A DNA stretch of 64,000 bases from an uncultured Flavobacteriaceae bacterium (GCA_938010765.1 CALLVX010000028.1:394-64393); one strand, 5' to 3'; positions 10,244-20,755 are shown, counted from the first letter of the stretch. Notes: generated by a model from the sequence alone, not told the origin. Numbers and translations are program-made.

Positions 10244-10348
10244 GAAAATGATGGGGTGTGTTCCTAAGATGAACGATACAAATAAAGGGTGTCGGTTAGC
10301 GAGTAAAAAAAAACGACCCCTGGGAATCGCTTTAATTTTTTAAAGTGA

Positions 10349-10906
10349 TTATACTTTCATTATCTCAGCTTCTTTGGCGCCAAGGAACGTATCTATTTTT
10401 TTTCCGTAGGTATCGGTAAGTTCTTGAATATCTCCCTCCGTATTTTTCTTTAGATCGTCCGAGGCATCTTCCAGTGCGCGAACCTCCTTATTTGCTTCTT
10501 GTCGGGCGTTTCGAACCCCAACCTTTGCGTGTTCGGCTTCCGCCTTCGCTTGCTTTGCCAGATCACGACGTCGTTCTTCGGTAAGGGGAGGTACATTGAT
10601 AATGATGGTCTCACCATTATTCATTGGGTTAAATCCAAGGTTGGCAGCCATAATTGCTTTTTCAATTTCTGTAAGCATACTTTTTTCCCATGGCTGTACA
10701 GATAGTGTTCTACCATCGGGCGTATTCACGTTGGCTACCTGCGAGAGCGGTGTCTGAGATCCGTAATAATCTACCATAACGGAAGAAAGCATGGCGGGGC
10801 TCGCTTTCCCTGCCCTAATTTTCATGAATGCTTTCTCTAGATGCATTATTGCGGCATCCATGGCTTCTTTTGCAGAATCAAGTATAAAATCGATTTCTTC
10901 TTTCAT
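10349..10906 (-). CDS. frr: Ribosome recycling factor
   Basis: IRAGKA, VDYYG, PPLTEERR motifs. Confidence 0.98.
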   Translation of the reverse strand: MKEEIDFILDSAKEAMDAAIMHLEKAFMKIRAGKASPAMLSSVMVDYYGSQTPLSQVANVNTPDGRTLSVQPWEKSMLTEIEKAIMAANLGFNPMNNGETIIINVPPLTEERRRDLAKQAKAEAEHAKVGVRNARQEANKEVRALEDASDDLKKNTEGDIQELTDTYGKKIDTFLGAKEAEIMKV

Positions 10907-10946
10907 ATTAAATAGCTATTGTCGGTATTACAAATAATGGGCCAAT

Positions 10947-11654
10947 TTACATATTTACTACGGTCCCGATATTTTGACCATCTACAATTTTGAGCAGATT
11001 GCCTCTTTTGTTCATATCAAAAACCACGATAGGCAATTGATTTTCTTGACTTAGGGTAAAGGCGGTGGTATCCATTACTTTTAGTCCCTTGTTCAATACC
11101 TCCTGAAAAGATATTGTATCGAATTTGGTGGCATCTTTGTCTTTTTCGGGATCAGCTGTATAAATACCATCAACACGGGTACCCTTTAGAATTACATCGG
11201 CCTCGATTTCAATTGCTCTTAATACGGCTGCCGAATCGGTCGTGAAATAAGGGTTCCCCGTTCCACCACCAAAAATAACCACTCTTCCTTTTTCTAAATG
11301 TCGCATGGCGCGTCTTCTTATAAAAGGCTCTGCCACTTCATTTATTTTAATGGCCGATTGCAATCTGGTCTGTACTCCTTTTAGTTCAAGTGCACTTTGT
11401 AGGGCGAGGCCGTTAATTACGGTCGCTAACATGCCCATATGATCTCCTTGCACTCGGTCCATTCCTGTGGCAGCACCAGTTAGGCCCCTAAAAATGTTTC
11501 CACCACCAATAACAACGGCAACTTCAATGCCCTTGCTTACTACTTCCTTAATTTCATCGGCGTATTCTTCGAGTCGTTTCGAATCGATTCCGTATTGTTT
11601 GTCGCCCATAAGAGCTTCACCGCTGAGTTTTAAGAGTATTCGTTTATAATGCAT
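10947..11654 (-). CDS. pyrH: UMP kinase
   Basis: [28 protein letters not shown]. Confidence 0.98.
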   Translation of the reverse strand: MHYKRILLKLSGEALMGDKQYGIDSKRLEEYADEIKEVVSKGIEVAVVIGGGNIFRGLTGAATGMDRVQGDHMGMLATVINGLALQSALELKGVQTRLQSAIKINEVAEPFIRRRAMRHLEKGRVVIFGGGTGNPYFTTDSAAVLRAIEIEADVILKGTRVDGIYTADPEKDKDATKFDTISFQEVLNKGLKVMDTTAFTLSQENQLPIVVFDMNKRGNLLKIVDGQNIGTVVNM

Positions 11655-11674
11655 GGTTTGTTTTTAGTTCCCGA

Positions 11675-11682
11675 CAAAAATA
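11675..11682 (-). promoter_or_regulatory. -7 promoter element for pyrH-frr
   Basis: TATTTTTG on minus strand 20 nt upstream of ATG. Confidence 0.6.
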
Positions 11683-11894
11683 ATCAAAAATAATTACGCC
11701 GTAGCACCTGTAGTTTTTAGGTGCTAAACCTTAATTAAATGTAAATAAATGGTGTTCGAACAATTAATTTTAGTAATCTTGCCCAAAATCAGTAATGCAA
11801 TTCGTTCGCTGCCAAATTTCCTGAAGAAGTGTAACTAATAGTTATTGTGCTACTTAGAAATAAGTAGTTATGAAAATATTTTAAATAGCAATCG

Positions 11895-13763
11895 ATGAAA
11901 AAGTTTTTATTATTGTCGCTTTCCGCGTTTTTGTTTTTCGGATGTGGTGCTACCAAATCACTGGTCACCGCAGACAAAACTCCTATTTTGGTCAATTTGG
12001 ATTTGATCAAGGTAGTCGATGATAAGGTGATGGTGAGCATTGATCCAGGAGCTTTTACCAAGGAAGAAGTGTCTTTTTTCATCCCCAAAACCGTTCCGGG
12101 AACCTATAGTTCTGACAATTATGGGAAGTATATCGAAGATTTGAAAGCGTTCGACTACGAAGGTAAGGAGCTTGTAGTGTCTAAAGCTGATGTGAATACC
12201 TGGAAGATCGCAACGGCAAAAAGCTTGGATAAAATCACCTATTGGGTCAATGATACTTATGATACCGAGACTGAGGTCGAAGAAGCAGTTTTTTCACCTT
12301 CGGGCACCAATATTAAAGAAGGGAATAACTTTGTTCTCAATCTTCACGGTTTTGTGGGCTATTTTGAAGGCCTAAGTGAAATACCCTATGAGATTACCAT
12401 AGCAAAACCGGCAGATTTAGTGGCGACTACTTCGTTATCGGAGAAAGCGATGGTAGCTGCTGATACCAAGCAAGATGTATTTATCGCCAATCGGTACTTT
12501 GAAGTAATAGATAGTCCTATACTTTATGCCAAACCAAATTCGGAGACTTTTTTAATCAATGATATCGAAGTTACCTTAAGTGTGTACTCCCCGAATGGTA
12601 CCTACACAGCTGCAAGTATTAAGGAATCAATGGAAAAAATGATGGCGGCTCAAAAAACGTTTTTGGGGGATTTAAATAGCACGAAAGAGTACAATATTCT
12701 GCTCTATCTTTCTACGTTGGAACAGGATGCGGGTGGTTTTGGCGCTTTGGAACATCATACCTCTACGGTAGTTGTATTGCCTGAAATGATGCAAAAAGAA
12801 GCCTTGGAAGAAGCGATGGTCGATGTAGTGTCTCATGAGTTTTTTCATATTGTTACTCCCTTGAGCGTTCATTCCGAAGAAATACAATATTTTGATTTCA
12901 ACGATCCTAAAATGTCACAACATTTGTGGATGTATGAAGGTACCACCGAGTACTTTGCCAATCTTTTTCAGATTCAACAGGGATTGATAGATGAGAGTGA
13001 GTTTTACAAACGCATTATAGATAAGGTAAGCAATGCCAAGGCCTATGACGACGAAATGTCATTTATAGAAATGAGCAAGAATATTTTGGACGACCCCTAT
13101 AAAGACAATTATGCGAATGTGTATGAGAAAGGTACGTTGATCAACCTATCGCTCGATTTATTACTAAGAGAATTGAGCAACGGTGAAAAAGGAGTACTGT
13201 GGTTAATGAAAGAACTATCTGCAAAATATGGGGATATGACCCCGTTCAAAGATGACAAATTAATTGACGAAATTGTTGCAATGACCTTTCCCGAAGTAGG
13301 TGCTTTCTTTGCTACCCACGTTATTGGCAACACGCCGATAAATTACAAGGACTTTTTAGCGAAAGTAGGCCTAAATATGGTCTCAGAGCCAGAGGAAACC
13401 GGTTATTTCTTGCAAGGCGAAATGCCTTTTATTGATGTGGATCAGAGGAATGATAATGCGGTTTTCATTCGAAAGGGAATTGCTTTAAATACGTTCTTTA
13501 CCAAATTAGGTGCGCAAGGAGGTGATGTCATTAAAAGTATTAACGGAACTCCTATTAATTTGGAGGCCATCCGACCGATTATCGGACAAAGCTTTGGCTG
13601 GACACCAGAAACCGAGATTACCATGATGGTAGACCGCGATGGGGAAGAATTAACCTTCGCTGGTCCGGTAGGAAGTCCCATGATAGATGTATTGAAGTTG
13701 ACTCCCATGGATGGTGCCAATGAAGCACAAAAGAAACTTAGGACAGCTTGGATGAAGAGCTAA
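11895..13763 (+). CDS. M61 family (glycyl) metallo-aminopeptidase, lipoprotein, C-terminal PDZ-like domain
   Basis: Lipobox FFGC; GALEH; HEFFH...WMYEGTTEY zinc motif. Confidence 0.9.
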   Translation: MKKFLLLSLSAFLFFGCGATKSLVTADKTPILVNLDLIKVVDDKVMVSIDPGAFTKEEVSFFIPKTVPGTYSSDNYGKYIEDLKAFDYEGKELVVSKADVNTWKIATAKSLDKITYWVNDTYDTETEVEEAVFSPSGTNIKEGNNFVLNLHGFVGYFEGLSEIPYEITIAKPADLVATTSLSEKAMVAADTKQDVFIANRYFEVIDSPILYAKPNSETFLINDIEVTLSVYSPNGTYTAASIKESMEKMMAAQKTFLGDLNSTKEYNILLYLSTLEQDAGGFGALEHHTSTVVVLPEMMQKEALEEAMVDVVSHEFFHIVTPLSVHSEEIQYFDFNDPKMSQHLWMYEGTTEYFANLFQIQQGLIDESEFYKRIIDKVSNAKAYDDEMSFIEMSKNILDDPYKDNYANVYEKGTLINLSLDLLLRELSNGEKGVLWLMKELSAKYGDMTPFKDDKLIDEIVAMTFPEVGAFFATHVIGNTPINYKDFLAKVGLNMVSEPEETGYFLQGEMPFIDVDQRNDNAVFIRKGIALNTFFTKLGAQGGDVIKSINGTPINLEAIRPIIGQSFGWTPETEITMMVDRDGEELTFAGPVGSPMIDVLKLTPMDGANEAQKKLRTAWMKS

Positions 13764-13784
13764 TTTGTTTAGACATATCATAAT

Positions 13785-13817
13785 AAAAAAGCGGCATCTC
13801 GAAGGTGCCGCTTTTTT
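13785..13817 (+). terminator. Rho-independent terminator
   Basis: AAAAAAGCGGCATC-TCGAA-GGTGCCGCTTTTTT. Confidence 0.88.
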
Positions 13818-13908
13818 GTTTCTAAAAAGATAGGATAAAAAAAATGATCATTTTTTGTAACTAAATTTGAAAACGACAGTTTCCCCTTTTGAATACCTAA
13901 AAACAACC

Positions 13909-14463
13909 ATGCACTCACTCACCGACAATGCATTAATGCTCAAAGTAAAAGCGGGCGACCTAGACAAACTAGGATTGTTGTATGAACGTCATAAGAAAAG
14001 GCTGTTTGGCTTTTTTTATAATATGAATAGTAACGCCATGATCAGTGAAGATCTAGTGCAAAACGTATTCGTAAGAATGCTAAAATACAAGCATACTTTT
14101 ACTGGGGATGGGGCTTTTACCGCTTGGATGTTCAAGACCGCTCGAAATGTAAATTACGATTATTATAAAAAAAATAAAATTGCCTTTCATCAAAAAGAAG
14201 TATCGGAAATGGAGTATAAACTACAAGATTCAACAGATACAGAAAAGGGAATAATAGCGAAAGATAAACTATCGCTTCTGCAACAGGCCATGGGTTATTT
14301 GGCTCCCGAGAAGCGTGAGATTTTAATGCTCAGTAAATTAAAGGAAATGAAGTTCAGTGAAATTGCCGAAGTACTTGGATGCAGCGAGGGGAATGCGAAG
14401 GTAAAGGCACACCGGGCTTTAAAAGATTTAAGAACTGTATTTCTACAATTGGAAAAAAGATAA
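13909..14463 (+). CDS. ECF RNA polymerase sigma factor
   Basis: SEDLVQNVF, AWMFKTARN (region 2); FSEIAEVLG..KVKAHRA (region 4). Confidence 0.93.
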   Translation: MHSLTDNALMLKVKAGDLDKLGLLYERHKKRLFGFFYNMNSNAMISEDLVQNVFVRMLKYKHTFTGDGAFTAWMFKTARNVNYDYYKKNKIAFHQKEVSEMEYKLQDSTDTEKGIIAKDKLSLLQQAMGYLAPEKREILMLSKLKEMKFSEIAEVLGCSEGNAKVKAHRALKDLRTVFLQLEKR

Positions 14464-14466
14464 ATC

Positions 14467-15270
14467 ATGGAGAAGGAACAATTTGAAATAACGATGGTAG
14501 AGTACTTGGCGGGCGAACTAACACAGACGGCTAGTTCCGAATTCGAGGAATACTTGAAAAACAACCCGGTGCAAAGAGCCGAATTCGAAAGTTTACAACA
14601 AACATGGGGCAAGATGGATGAGGCTGTAGTGCCCGAAACTTCGGAAGCTATGGATGTACGTTTTTTCGAAATGTTGCACATAGCTGAAACGGAAAAGGCT
14701 AATAAATCAACAGGGTTTGTAGAGGGGCTGTCATCGTTTATGAGCCTCCTTTGGAGACCACAGGTGGCCTATGGTATTCTCTTGGTCGCAATCGGTTTGG
14801 GAACCGGTTATTTTATGAGTACCAATACGGCACAGTCCGATACTCCCAATACCGTTGTGGTCGACAATGAAACCGAAGAGGTACGAGAACAGTTGGTCTT
14901 GACCCTTCTCGAGCAACCCTCTGCCAATCAACGCCTGCAAGGGGTGAACGAAGCGAATAAAATCGAAAAAGTAGATGAAAAGGTAATCAAGGCCTTGTTA
15001 CAGACCCTGAACAATGATGCCAACGTGAATGTGCGGTTAGCAGCTATAGAAGCGTTGGTAAACTATGTAGACAAACCCATTGTAAGAGAGGGGCTTATTC
15101 AGGCTATTGGCCACCAAGAATCGCCTATTGTACAGGTGACGTTGGCAGATCTTATGGTAGCCTTACAAGAGAAGAAATCAATTGCACCTTTTAAAGCATT
15201 AATACGCAGTAAAGAGTTGGATACCTCAGTAAAAGAAAAACTGGAAAGTTCAATTCAACAAATTATCTAG
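14467..15270 (+). CDS. Putative anti-sigma factor: N-terminal anti-sigma-like domain, TM, C-terminal HEAT repeats
   Basis: Directly follows ECF sigma; single TM; NDANVNVRLAAIEAL HEAT motif. Confidence 0.8.
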   Translation: MEKEQFEITMVEYLAGELTQTASSEFEEYLKNNPVQRAEFESLQQTWGKMDEAVVPETSEAMDVRFFEMLHIAETEKANKSTGFVEGLSSFMSLLWRPQVAYGILLVAIGLGTGYFMSTNTAQSDTPNTVVVDNETEEVREQLVLTLLEQPSANQRLQGVNEANKIEKVDEKVIKALLQTLNNDANVNVRLAAIEALVNYVDKPIVREGLIQAIGHQESPIVQVTLADLMVALQEKKSIAPFKALIRSKELDTSVKEKLESSIQQII

Positions 15271-15430
15271 ATAAATTCATTAATCGATCCCATTTAAAAA
15301 GGGGTTTATTCAATCAATCAAAAAACGAAATCAAATGAAACCATAAGAATTTAAACAATCATCAAAATCCATGGAGATGATTTTTTAACTCTGCAAAGGT
15401 GACCTGCGATCGTTGAAAAAAATAGAAAAA

Positions 15431-16300
15431 ATGAAAAAAGTAATAGTATGTGCATTATTCGCGGTAGCTGCGATGACACAAGGGGTCAATGCCCAAAAAA
15501 ACGAATTTAAAGAAGATATTGAGAAAGAGCTTGCTTTTTCTAATTCGAGCGATGAGAATGTACTGATCGTGCAAAACTTGAATGGGTCGATTACGGTAGA
15601 AGGATATGATGGGGACAAGGTGCAGCTTCTAGTGGAGAAGCGGGTATGGGCCCGAAGTAATGAAAAACTCGAAAAGGGCAAACGTGAAATCGGAATTAAA
15701 GTATTGCAAGAGGGAAATACCCTGGTGGTTCATGCTGATGTTCCCAATATGGAGTATAAAAAGGAACATTTGACCTCGATAGATTGTCATAATTATGAGC
15801 AACCTTCATATGATCATCGTCTGAATTTTAAGCTAAAGATGCCTAAAAACATCAAGTTGGTTGTGGGAACGATCAACAATGGAGAAGTAGTGATTTCAAA
15901 TACTAGGGGAAACTACCTAAAGGCCAACAACATCAACGGAGGTATCGCCTTAAAAAATGTGACTGGGCAAACAGAGGTACATGCAATTAACGGTGAGGTG
16001 CAGATTTCGTACGCCGCGAATCCAAAGGCCGCTTCGACCTATTATTCCTTAAATGGGGATATTAATATTACCTATCAAAAAGACCTTTCGGCAGAAATCG
16101 CCTTTAAAAGTATGAATGGGGAATTGTTTACCGATTTTGAAATTGCCAAACAATATGCAAAGACCAGTAAGAACGAATCTGGAAAAGAATCGGGAGCAAC
16201 CTATAAGTACGAGGCAAAACCAATAGTTCAAATAGGGGGTGGGGCATTGTTCCATGATTTTGAAACGCTGAACGGCGATGTGATTATCAAAAAAATATAG
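15431..16300 (+). CDS. DUF4097 beta-strand-repeat (adhesin-like) exported protein
   Basis: Signal peptide; repeated NG.I/V motifs. Confidence 0.82.
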   Translation: MKKVIVCALFAVAAMTQGVNAQKNEFKEDIEKELAFSNSSDENVLIVQNLNGSITVEGYDGDKVQLLVEKRVWARSNEKLEKGKREIGIKVLQEGNTLVVHADVPNMEYKKEHLTSIDCHNYEQPSYDHRLNFKLKMPKNIKLVVGTINNGEVVISNTRGNYLKANNINGGIALKNVTGQTEVHAINGEVQISYAANPKAASTYYSLNGDINITYQKDLSAEIAFKSMNGELFTDFEIAKQYAKTSKNESGKESGATYKYEAKPIVQIGGGALFHDFETLNGDVIIKKI

Positions 16301-16376
16301 AGCCCCAAAAATTAGACAAAAACAATACGTAAACTGCTTTCCACGCTTGTGGAAAAGAATATAAAATAATTTGATT

Positions 16377-17183
16377 ATGAAAACTATAAAAAAAGGGCTA
16401 TTCACACTCATGCTATTGGCAGTAGCAACAATTTCGGCCCAAGAAGGAGTAGAATTGTTTTCAGTTCCCTTGAGCAATCCTAATGAGCAGGGAAAACTGA
16501 AGTTAAGTCAAATTGCGGGATCTATCACGGTGATTGGCTATGATGGCAAAGAGGTCATTGTAAAAGCGGTTATGGGGAAACGAAAGTCGCGCTCCAAGAA
16601 AAGTAACAATGGCATGAAGCGGATCGATAATTCCTCTATGGCGATCAGTGCCGAAGAACGCGACAATGTGGTGTGGATCATGAACGAGCAGCACAACCGT
16701 AAAACCGACATGGAGATTCAAGTGCCCATGAATTTTGATTTACAGCTAGCCACTGTAAACAGAGGCGATATCTTTGTGGAAGGCGTTAATGGGGAAATGG
16801 AAATAAGTAACGTAAATGGGGAAATCACTTTAAAAAATGTTTCGGGTTCTGCATCGGCCGACACTACCAACGGGGATATCAAGGCAAACTTTGGATCGAT
16901 CACCGCGAACACTAGTATGGCTTTTAGCAGTTTTAATGGAGATATCGATATTACATTTCCCAAATCATTAAAAGCCGATATAAAACTACGATCCGATATG
17001 GGCGAAATTTTCACCGACTTTGATATGGTAGTAGATCCTCAAAAAACGGCTGTTGAAACAAATAAATCTTCTGGTACTTATAAAGTTAAAATGGAACAAT
17101 GGGTGAAAGGAAAGGTCAATGGCGGTGGTCCTGAAATGCTTTTTAAAACCTGGCAGGGCGATATTATAATAAGAGCCAACTAA
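16377..17183 (+). CDS. DUF4097 beta-strand-repeat exported protein
   Basis: Signal peptide; NGEI, NGDI repeats; C-terminal G.VNGGGPEM.FKT..GDI. Confidence 0.82.
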   Translation: MKTIKKGLFTLMLLAVATISAQEGVELFSVPLSNPNEQGKLKLSQIAGSITVIGYDGKEVIVKAVMGKRKSRSKKSNNGMKRIDNSSMAISAEERDNVVWIMNEQHNRKTDMEIQVPMNFDLQLATVNRGDIFVEGVNGEMEISNVNGEITLKNVSGSASADTTNGDIKANFGSITANTSMAFSSFNGDIDITFPKSLKADIKLRSDMGEIFTDFDMVVDPQKTAVETNKSSGTYKVKMEQWVKGKVNGGGPEMLFKTWQGDIIIRAN

Positions 17184-17276
17184 CCCATACTTTTCTTTAC
17201 TCTTAACGAATCAAAACCAGTGTTTTGGTGGCCGTGGCAACGGCCCCTTGCCCTAGAACACCTTAAAAATAGAAAT

Positions 17277-18665
17277 ATGAAACGAATAGCAACAATATTG
17301 TTGATGGTTTTAGCCATGTTGAGGGTTAGTTCTCAGGCATCAGAGAAAAAAGTAGATAGGTATATTACCAAAGTCATGCAGGGGAACGAAATTCCTGGTG
17401 CCGCCCTGGCCATACTTCGAGAGGGGAAGGTGGTTTTCAAAAAATACTACGGATACGCAAACTTGGAAACGCAAGAACCGATTGGCGAACATACACTTTT
17501 CAAACTACATTCACTATCAAAGGTGTTTGTGTCCACTGCAATTTTTCAAATGGTCGAAGCAGATCAATTAAGCTTGTCGGATCCAATAGGGCATTACGTT
17601 GAGGGGTTGCCGCAAGCGTGGAAAGCCATTGAAATCAGGCATTTGCTTACCCACTCCTCTGGCCTTCCCGATATGGTGAAACATGAGGCAGCGACTGAAG
17701 CAGCGCATCGAGAAAAGGTGTTTGCAGATGAAATTGAATTCGCTCCCGGGGGTCGGTTCAGTTACAACCAAACCAATTTCTGGTTGTTGAACCGCATTAT
17801 TACCAAAGTGAGCGGCAATCCCTTGGAGAACTTTCTTCTGAAGCACCAATTCAATGGGGACATGAATGCATTGGTATTCGCACAAGATGAAAAAGCCGTA
17901 AACAGAGCCACCGAATATTTCGTGAATAACGAAGGAAGTATGCAAGAGAAGGAATTCAATGTCCCAACCTATATGTACGGGGCTGCCGGAATTGCATTGA
18001 CCTTGGACAACTTTATAGCTTGGAACAAGCGCTTAGACGACGGAGATTTGCTGCCAAATGAAATTAAAAACCAAATGTGGGCTCCATTTCAATACAAAAA
18101 AGGCATTGATTACGCATACGGCTGGGCGCTCGAGACTATTAACAATAGAAAAATAGTAGGTTTTTCAGGAGGTACGATCGTAAGTCTTAGAAAGTATATT
18201 GAGGATGATATGACCGTCATTTTCCTGAGTACCGGTTATCGCCATTTCCCAAATGTTAATGGGGTCACCAATTTTGTGGCCGGTTTGGTAGATGAAGATT
18301 TGAAAAGTAAGGAAGCAGTAGCAGGAGAGCAGTTGTTGCAAAGTTTTTTAGAAAACCCAGTGAGCGACAGTATTAAATTGTACAAGAAAATTTTGGCGAA
18401 CGATACGTCATTGAACCTAGAAGGGGTTCTCAATAGTATTGGATATAGGCTAGCGGGCCGCAACGATTACTCTGGGGCAATAGCCGTGTTCAAATTGAAT
18501 ACCCAAGAACACCCAAACTCATGGAATGTTTGGGATAGTTTAGGTGAAGGGTATGAAATGAAAGGAGACACCCAAGCGGCGATTACGAATTACAAAAAGT
18601 CGGTATTGGTAAATCCTGAAAATCAGCACGGAATTGATAAATTAAAAACACTTCAAAAAAATTGA
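17277..18665 (+). CDS. Serine hydrolase (beta-lactamase class C-like) with C-terminal TPR
   Basis: SLSK, LLTHSSG, FSYNQTN; NSIGY...DSLGEGY TPR. Confidence 0.88.
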   Translation: MKRIATILLMVLAMLRVSSQASEKKVDRYITKVMQGNEIPGAALAILREGKVVFKKYYGYANLETQEPIGEHTLFKLHSLSKVFVSTAIFQMVEADQLSLSDPIGHYVEGLPQAWKAIEIRHLLTHSSGLPDMVKHEAATEAAHREKVFADEIEFAPGGRFSYNQTNFWLLNRIITKVSGNPLENFLLKHQFNGDMNALVFAQDEKAVNRATEYFVNNEGSMQEKEFNVPTYMYGAAGIALTLDNFIAWNKRLDDGDLLPNEIKNQMWAPFQYKKGIDYAYGWALETINNRKIVGFSGGTIVSLRKYIEDDMTVIFLSTGYRHFPNVNGVTNFVAGLVDEDLKSKEAVAGEQLLQSFLENPVSDSIKLYKKILANDTSLNLEGVLNSIGYRLAGRNDYSGAIAVFKLNTQEHPNSWNVWDSLGEGYEMKGDTQAAITNYKKSVLVNPENQHGIDKLKTLQKN

Positions 18666-18719
18666 TGCCAATCTGGATGGGTACTTTTTCAAATGCTTGG
18701 AAATGAAGTGGTAACAACT

Positions 18720-18880
18720 TGATCGCTAATAAGGAAACGCATCAAAATTTGGCTAGAGATGCCAGTGGGAAGAAACGAAAGACGCTTTGGTCAAGCGCAT
18801 CGTAAAACGGTTTTTTTTTGGAAAAACGATTATATGGCATAGCGGTGGCATGCATGGATACAGTAACTTGTGGCTTTCTT
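18720..18880 (+). pseudogene. Decayed fragment of a serine hydrolase (beta-lactamase family)
   Basis: Manual translation KTIIWHSGGMHGYSNLW at ~18823-18873; stops and frameshift upstream; boundaries approximate. Confidence 0.5.
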
Positions 18881-19022
18881 CAATACTGGTAACCAATTGA
18901 TTCCCATATAATGAATTTAGTGCTTTAAACAGGCCAGTACATCTTTTTTATAACTGTCCATTTAACCAGTATCCCGTAATTTCCACGGTACACCATAAAG
19001 TTTAGAAAACAAATTTTAAATG

Positions 19023-20408
19023 TTAATCGGTAAGCAAGGTGGGATCACTCGTGGGCAAATCCAAATTTAATGCACTAATCTCGTCATATGCCCTTTGCGC
19101 ATCATTGAATTTTAAACCCCATTTTTTAAAAAATTCGGTCAAATCCGCATTGGCAACAGTACTTGCATAGACCATAAATAAACGCATTCGGTCATTGTCA
19201 TTGGAAAAAGAAGGACTATCCTCTCGAAATTTCTTGTGCAATTCTTTGTAAAATTCGAATCCAAAGGCCAATTGTAGCTGATAAAACATGCCCAGACGAA
19301 CAAATAGATTCCTTCCTTTGGCATTGTAATCTTTATCGCTATCTGACAAGGCCAAATATGTTTTGATTGCACTCCAAGCGTCACTCTTTTTTAATCTTGA
19401 TTCAATTCCGAATTCTTTCTCGGCGGCCAACGAATAGATATTTACAGTTACTTCTATGGTTTCGTTCCAGGTCCAAGCGTCCATTTGCCGCGAATGGCCA
19501 ACTTCATGCCAAGGGCCCCAGCCGTCTTTTGAAAATTTTTCATTGTCCAATACAAATTGAATTCCATTTTGAAAATTATACGCTGTTCTATAATTATAAG
19601 CGAACATATAGAAATCGGTATTGGCGTACTCTACAAAAAGAGTCTTATGCGATATCGGTTTATGGATAGCAGAGGAGCCATCCATACCGCTAATTTCATT
19701 TTCGGCCGTAATCGCCCGGTCGATATTGCTCAGGAGCCTATTCTGATCTTGATCTTTGAACTCAGAAGCTTTCTCGTTTGATACAACAACAATGGATTTG
19801 TCTCCTATAAGCGTAGCAAAACGCGATGCCTTGAGCTTGGAGAGCATCGTGGACCATTCCGTGGCGGTAGTTTCATTTTTTTTGAATACCGGAGCTGGTA
19901 ACAATCCACTTGAAAAGTCAATCTTAACTGTTTTTTCAGGGACGTCAAAATAGCGCAAATACACCATTCCACCTACATCTCCAGAGTTAATTTCATTTAG
20001 CCCAACTACCAATGGGATTTCTGTCGGTTGGCTATTCCAATTTGAACCTTGAGAGTAAGTGCCTATTAACAATTGGACATTCGCATTTGCTTCTTTTTTA
20101 ACATCCAATAGCAAAGTCGTGTTAGGGGGGGCGTAAAATCCGGTAGTATGAAAATCGGCAGATGCAAATCGTAAACCTAACCGATCAGCCTCTTGACGGC
20201 CTGTTAACATCCCATTAAATTCTAAAACCGTATTTGTACTGCTTTCTTCATCAACAGGTTCTTCATTAAAGGGTTCTTCATCAACAGGTTCTTCATCAAC
20301 CAATTCTTCGACGATAGGTTTTTCAATAACAGGTTCATCCTTGTTACACCCCATAAGAACTAAAAAAAGGAGTAGTATTGAACTGAAAGAATAGATTTTT
20401 TCTCTCAT
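19023..20408 (-). CDS. M60-like (enhancin-type) metallopeptidase, lipoprotein
   Basis: Lipobox LMGC; TGFYAPP; WGPWHEVGH...EVTVN gluzincin motif. Confidence 0.88.
   Translation of the reverse strand: MREKIYSFSSILLLFLVLMGCNKDEPVIEKPIVEELVDEEPVDEEPFNEEPVDEESSTNTVLEFNGMLTGRQEADRLGLRFASADFHTTGFYAPPNTTLLLDVKKEANANVQLLIGTYSQGSNWNSQPTEIPLVVGLNEINSGDVGGMVYLRYFDVPEKTVKIDFSSGLLPAPVFKKNETTATEWSTMLSKLKASRFATLIGDKSIVVVSNEKASEFKDQDQNRLLSNIDRAITAENEISGMDGSSAIHKPISHKTLFVEYANTDFYMFAYNYRTAYNFQNGIQFVLDNEKFSKDGWGPWHEVGHSRQMDAWTWNETIEVTVNIYSLAAEKEFGIESRLKKSDAWSAIKTYLALSDSDKDYNAKGRNLFVRLGMFYQLQLAFGFEFYKELHKKFREDSPSFSNDNDRMRLFMVYASTVANADLTEFFKKWGLKFNDAQRAYDEISALNLDLPTSDPTLLTD
20244..20339 (-). repeat. Degenerate 15-bp tandem repeat (about 6 units) encoding acidic PVDEE linker
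   Basis: TTCTTCATCAACAGG at 20244 and 20274 with variants at 15-bp spacing. Confidence 0.85.
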
Positions 20409-20589
20409 TGTCAGTATCGTTAGCATGATTATTATTAGTCTGTAAAATAGGTCTTTTCCCCTAATTCAATTAGTGTTTTTAACATTTAATTAGTGTTCTG
20501 GAATCATGATTCAAAATCACCACCTTATAAAACCTAAACGAACTAAGAATACAATACCATATCAAAATTCTATTACAAATCACTAGAAA

Positions 20590-20755
20590 AGAATGCTATT
20601 TCTCGAGGGTCTGTTCCAAGAGCGCAGCCTGTCTATACCCCAGGTAAAGCAATCGCTACACTACTGAACCGACCCTTGGTCATTTCTTTCTATGACTATA
20701 GCAACTACCTTTTCGTAGCGCCTGCAAAGTGAACAGTATGGGGAAAAGAGCATAA
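20590..20755 (+). mobile_element. Possible degenerate IS200/IS605-like end remnant
   Basis: GC-richer patch in AT-rich intergenic DNA ending in abortive ATG GGG AAA AGA GCA TAA; family call is from recollected resemblance only. Confidence 0.3.

Noticed and set aside
15335-15346. ATG AAA CCA TAA with A-rich upstream context, as a leader peptide
   Set aside because: Three codons only; could be a gene relic but cannot be supported.
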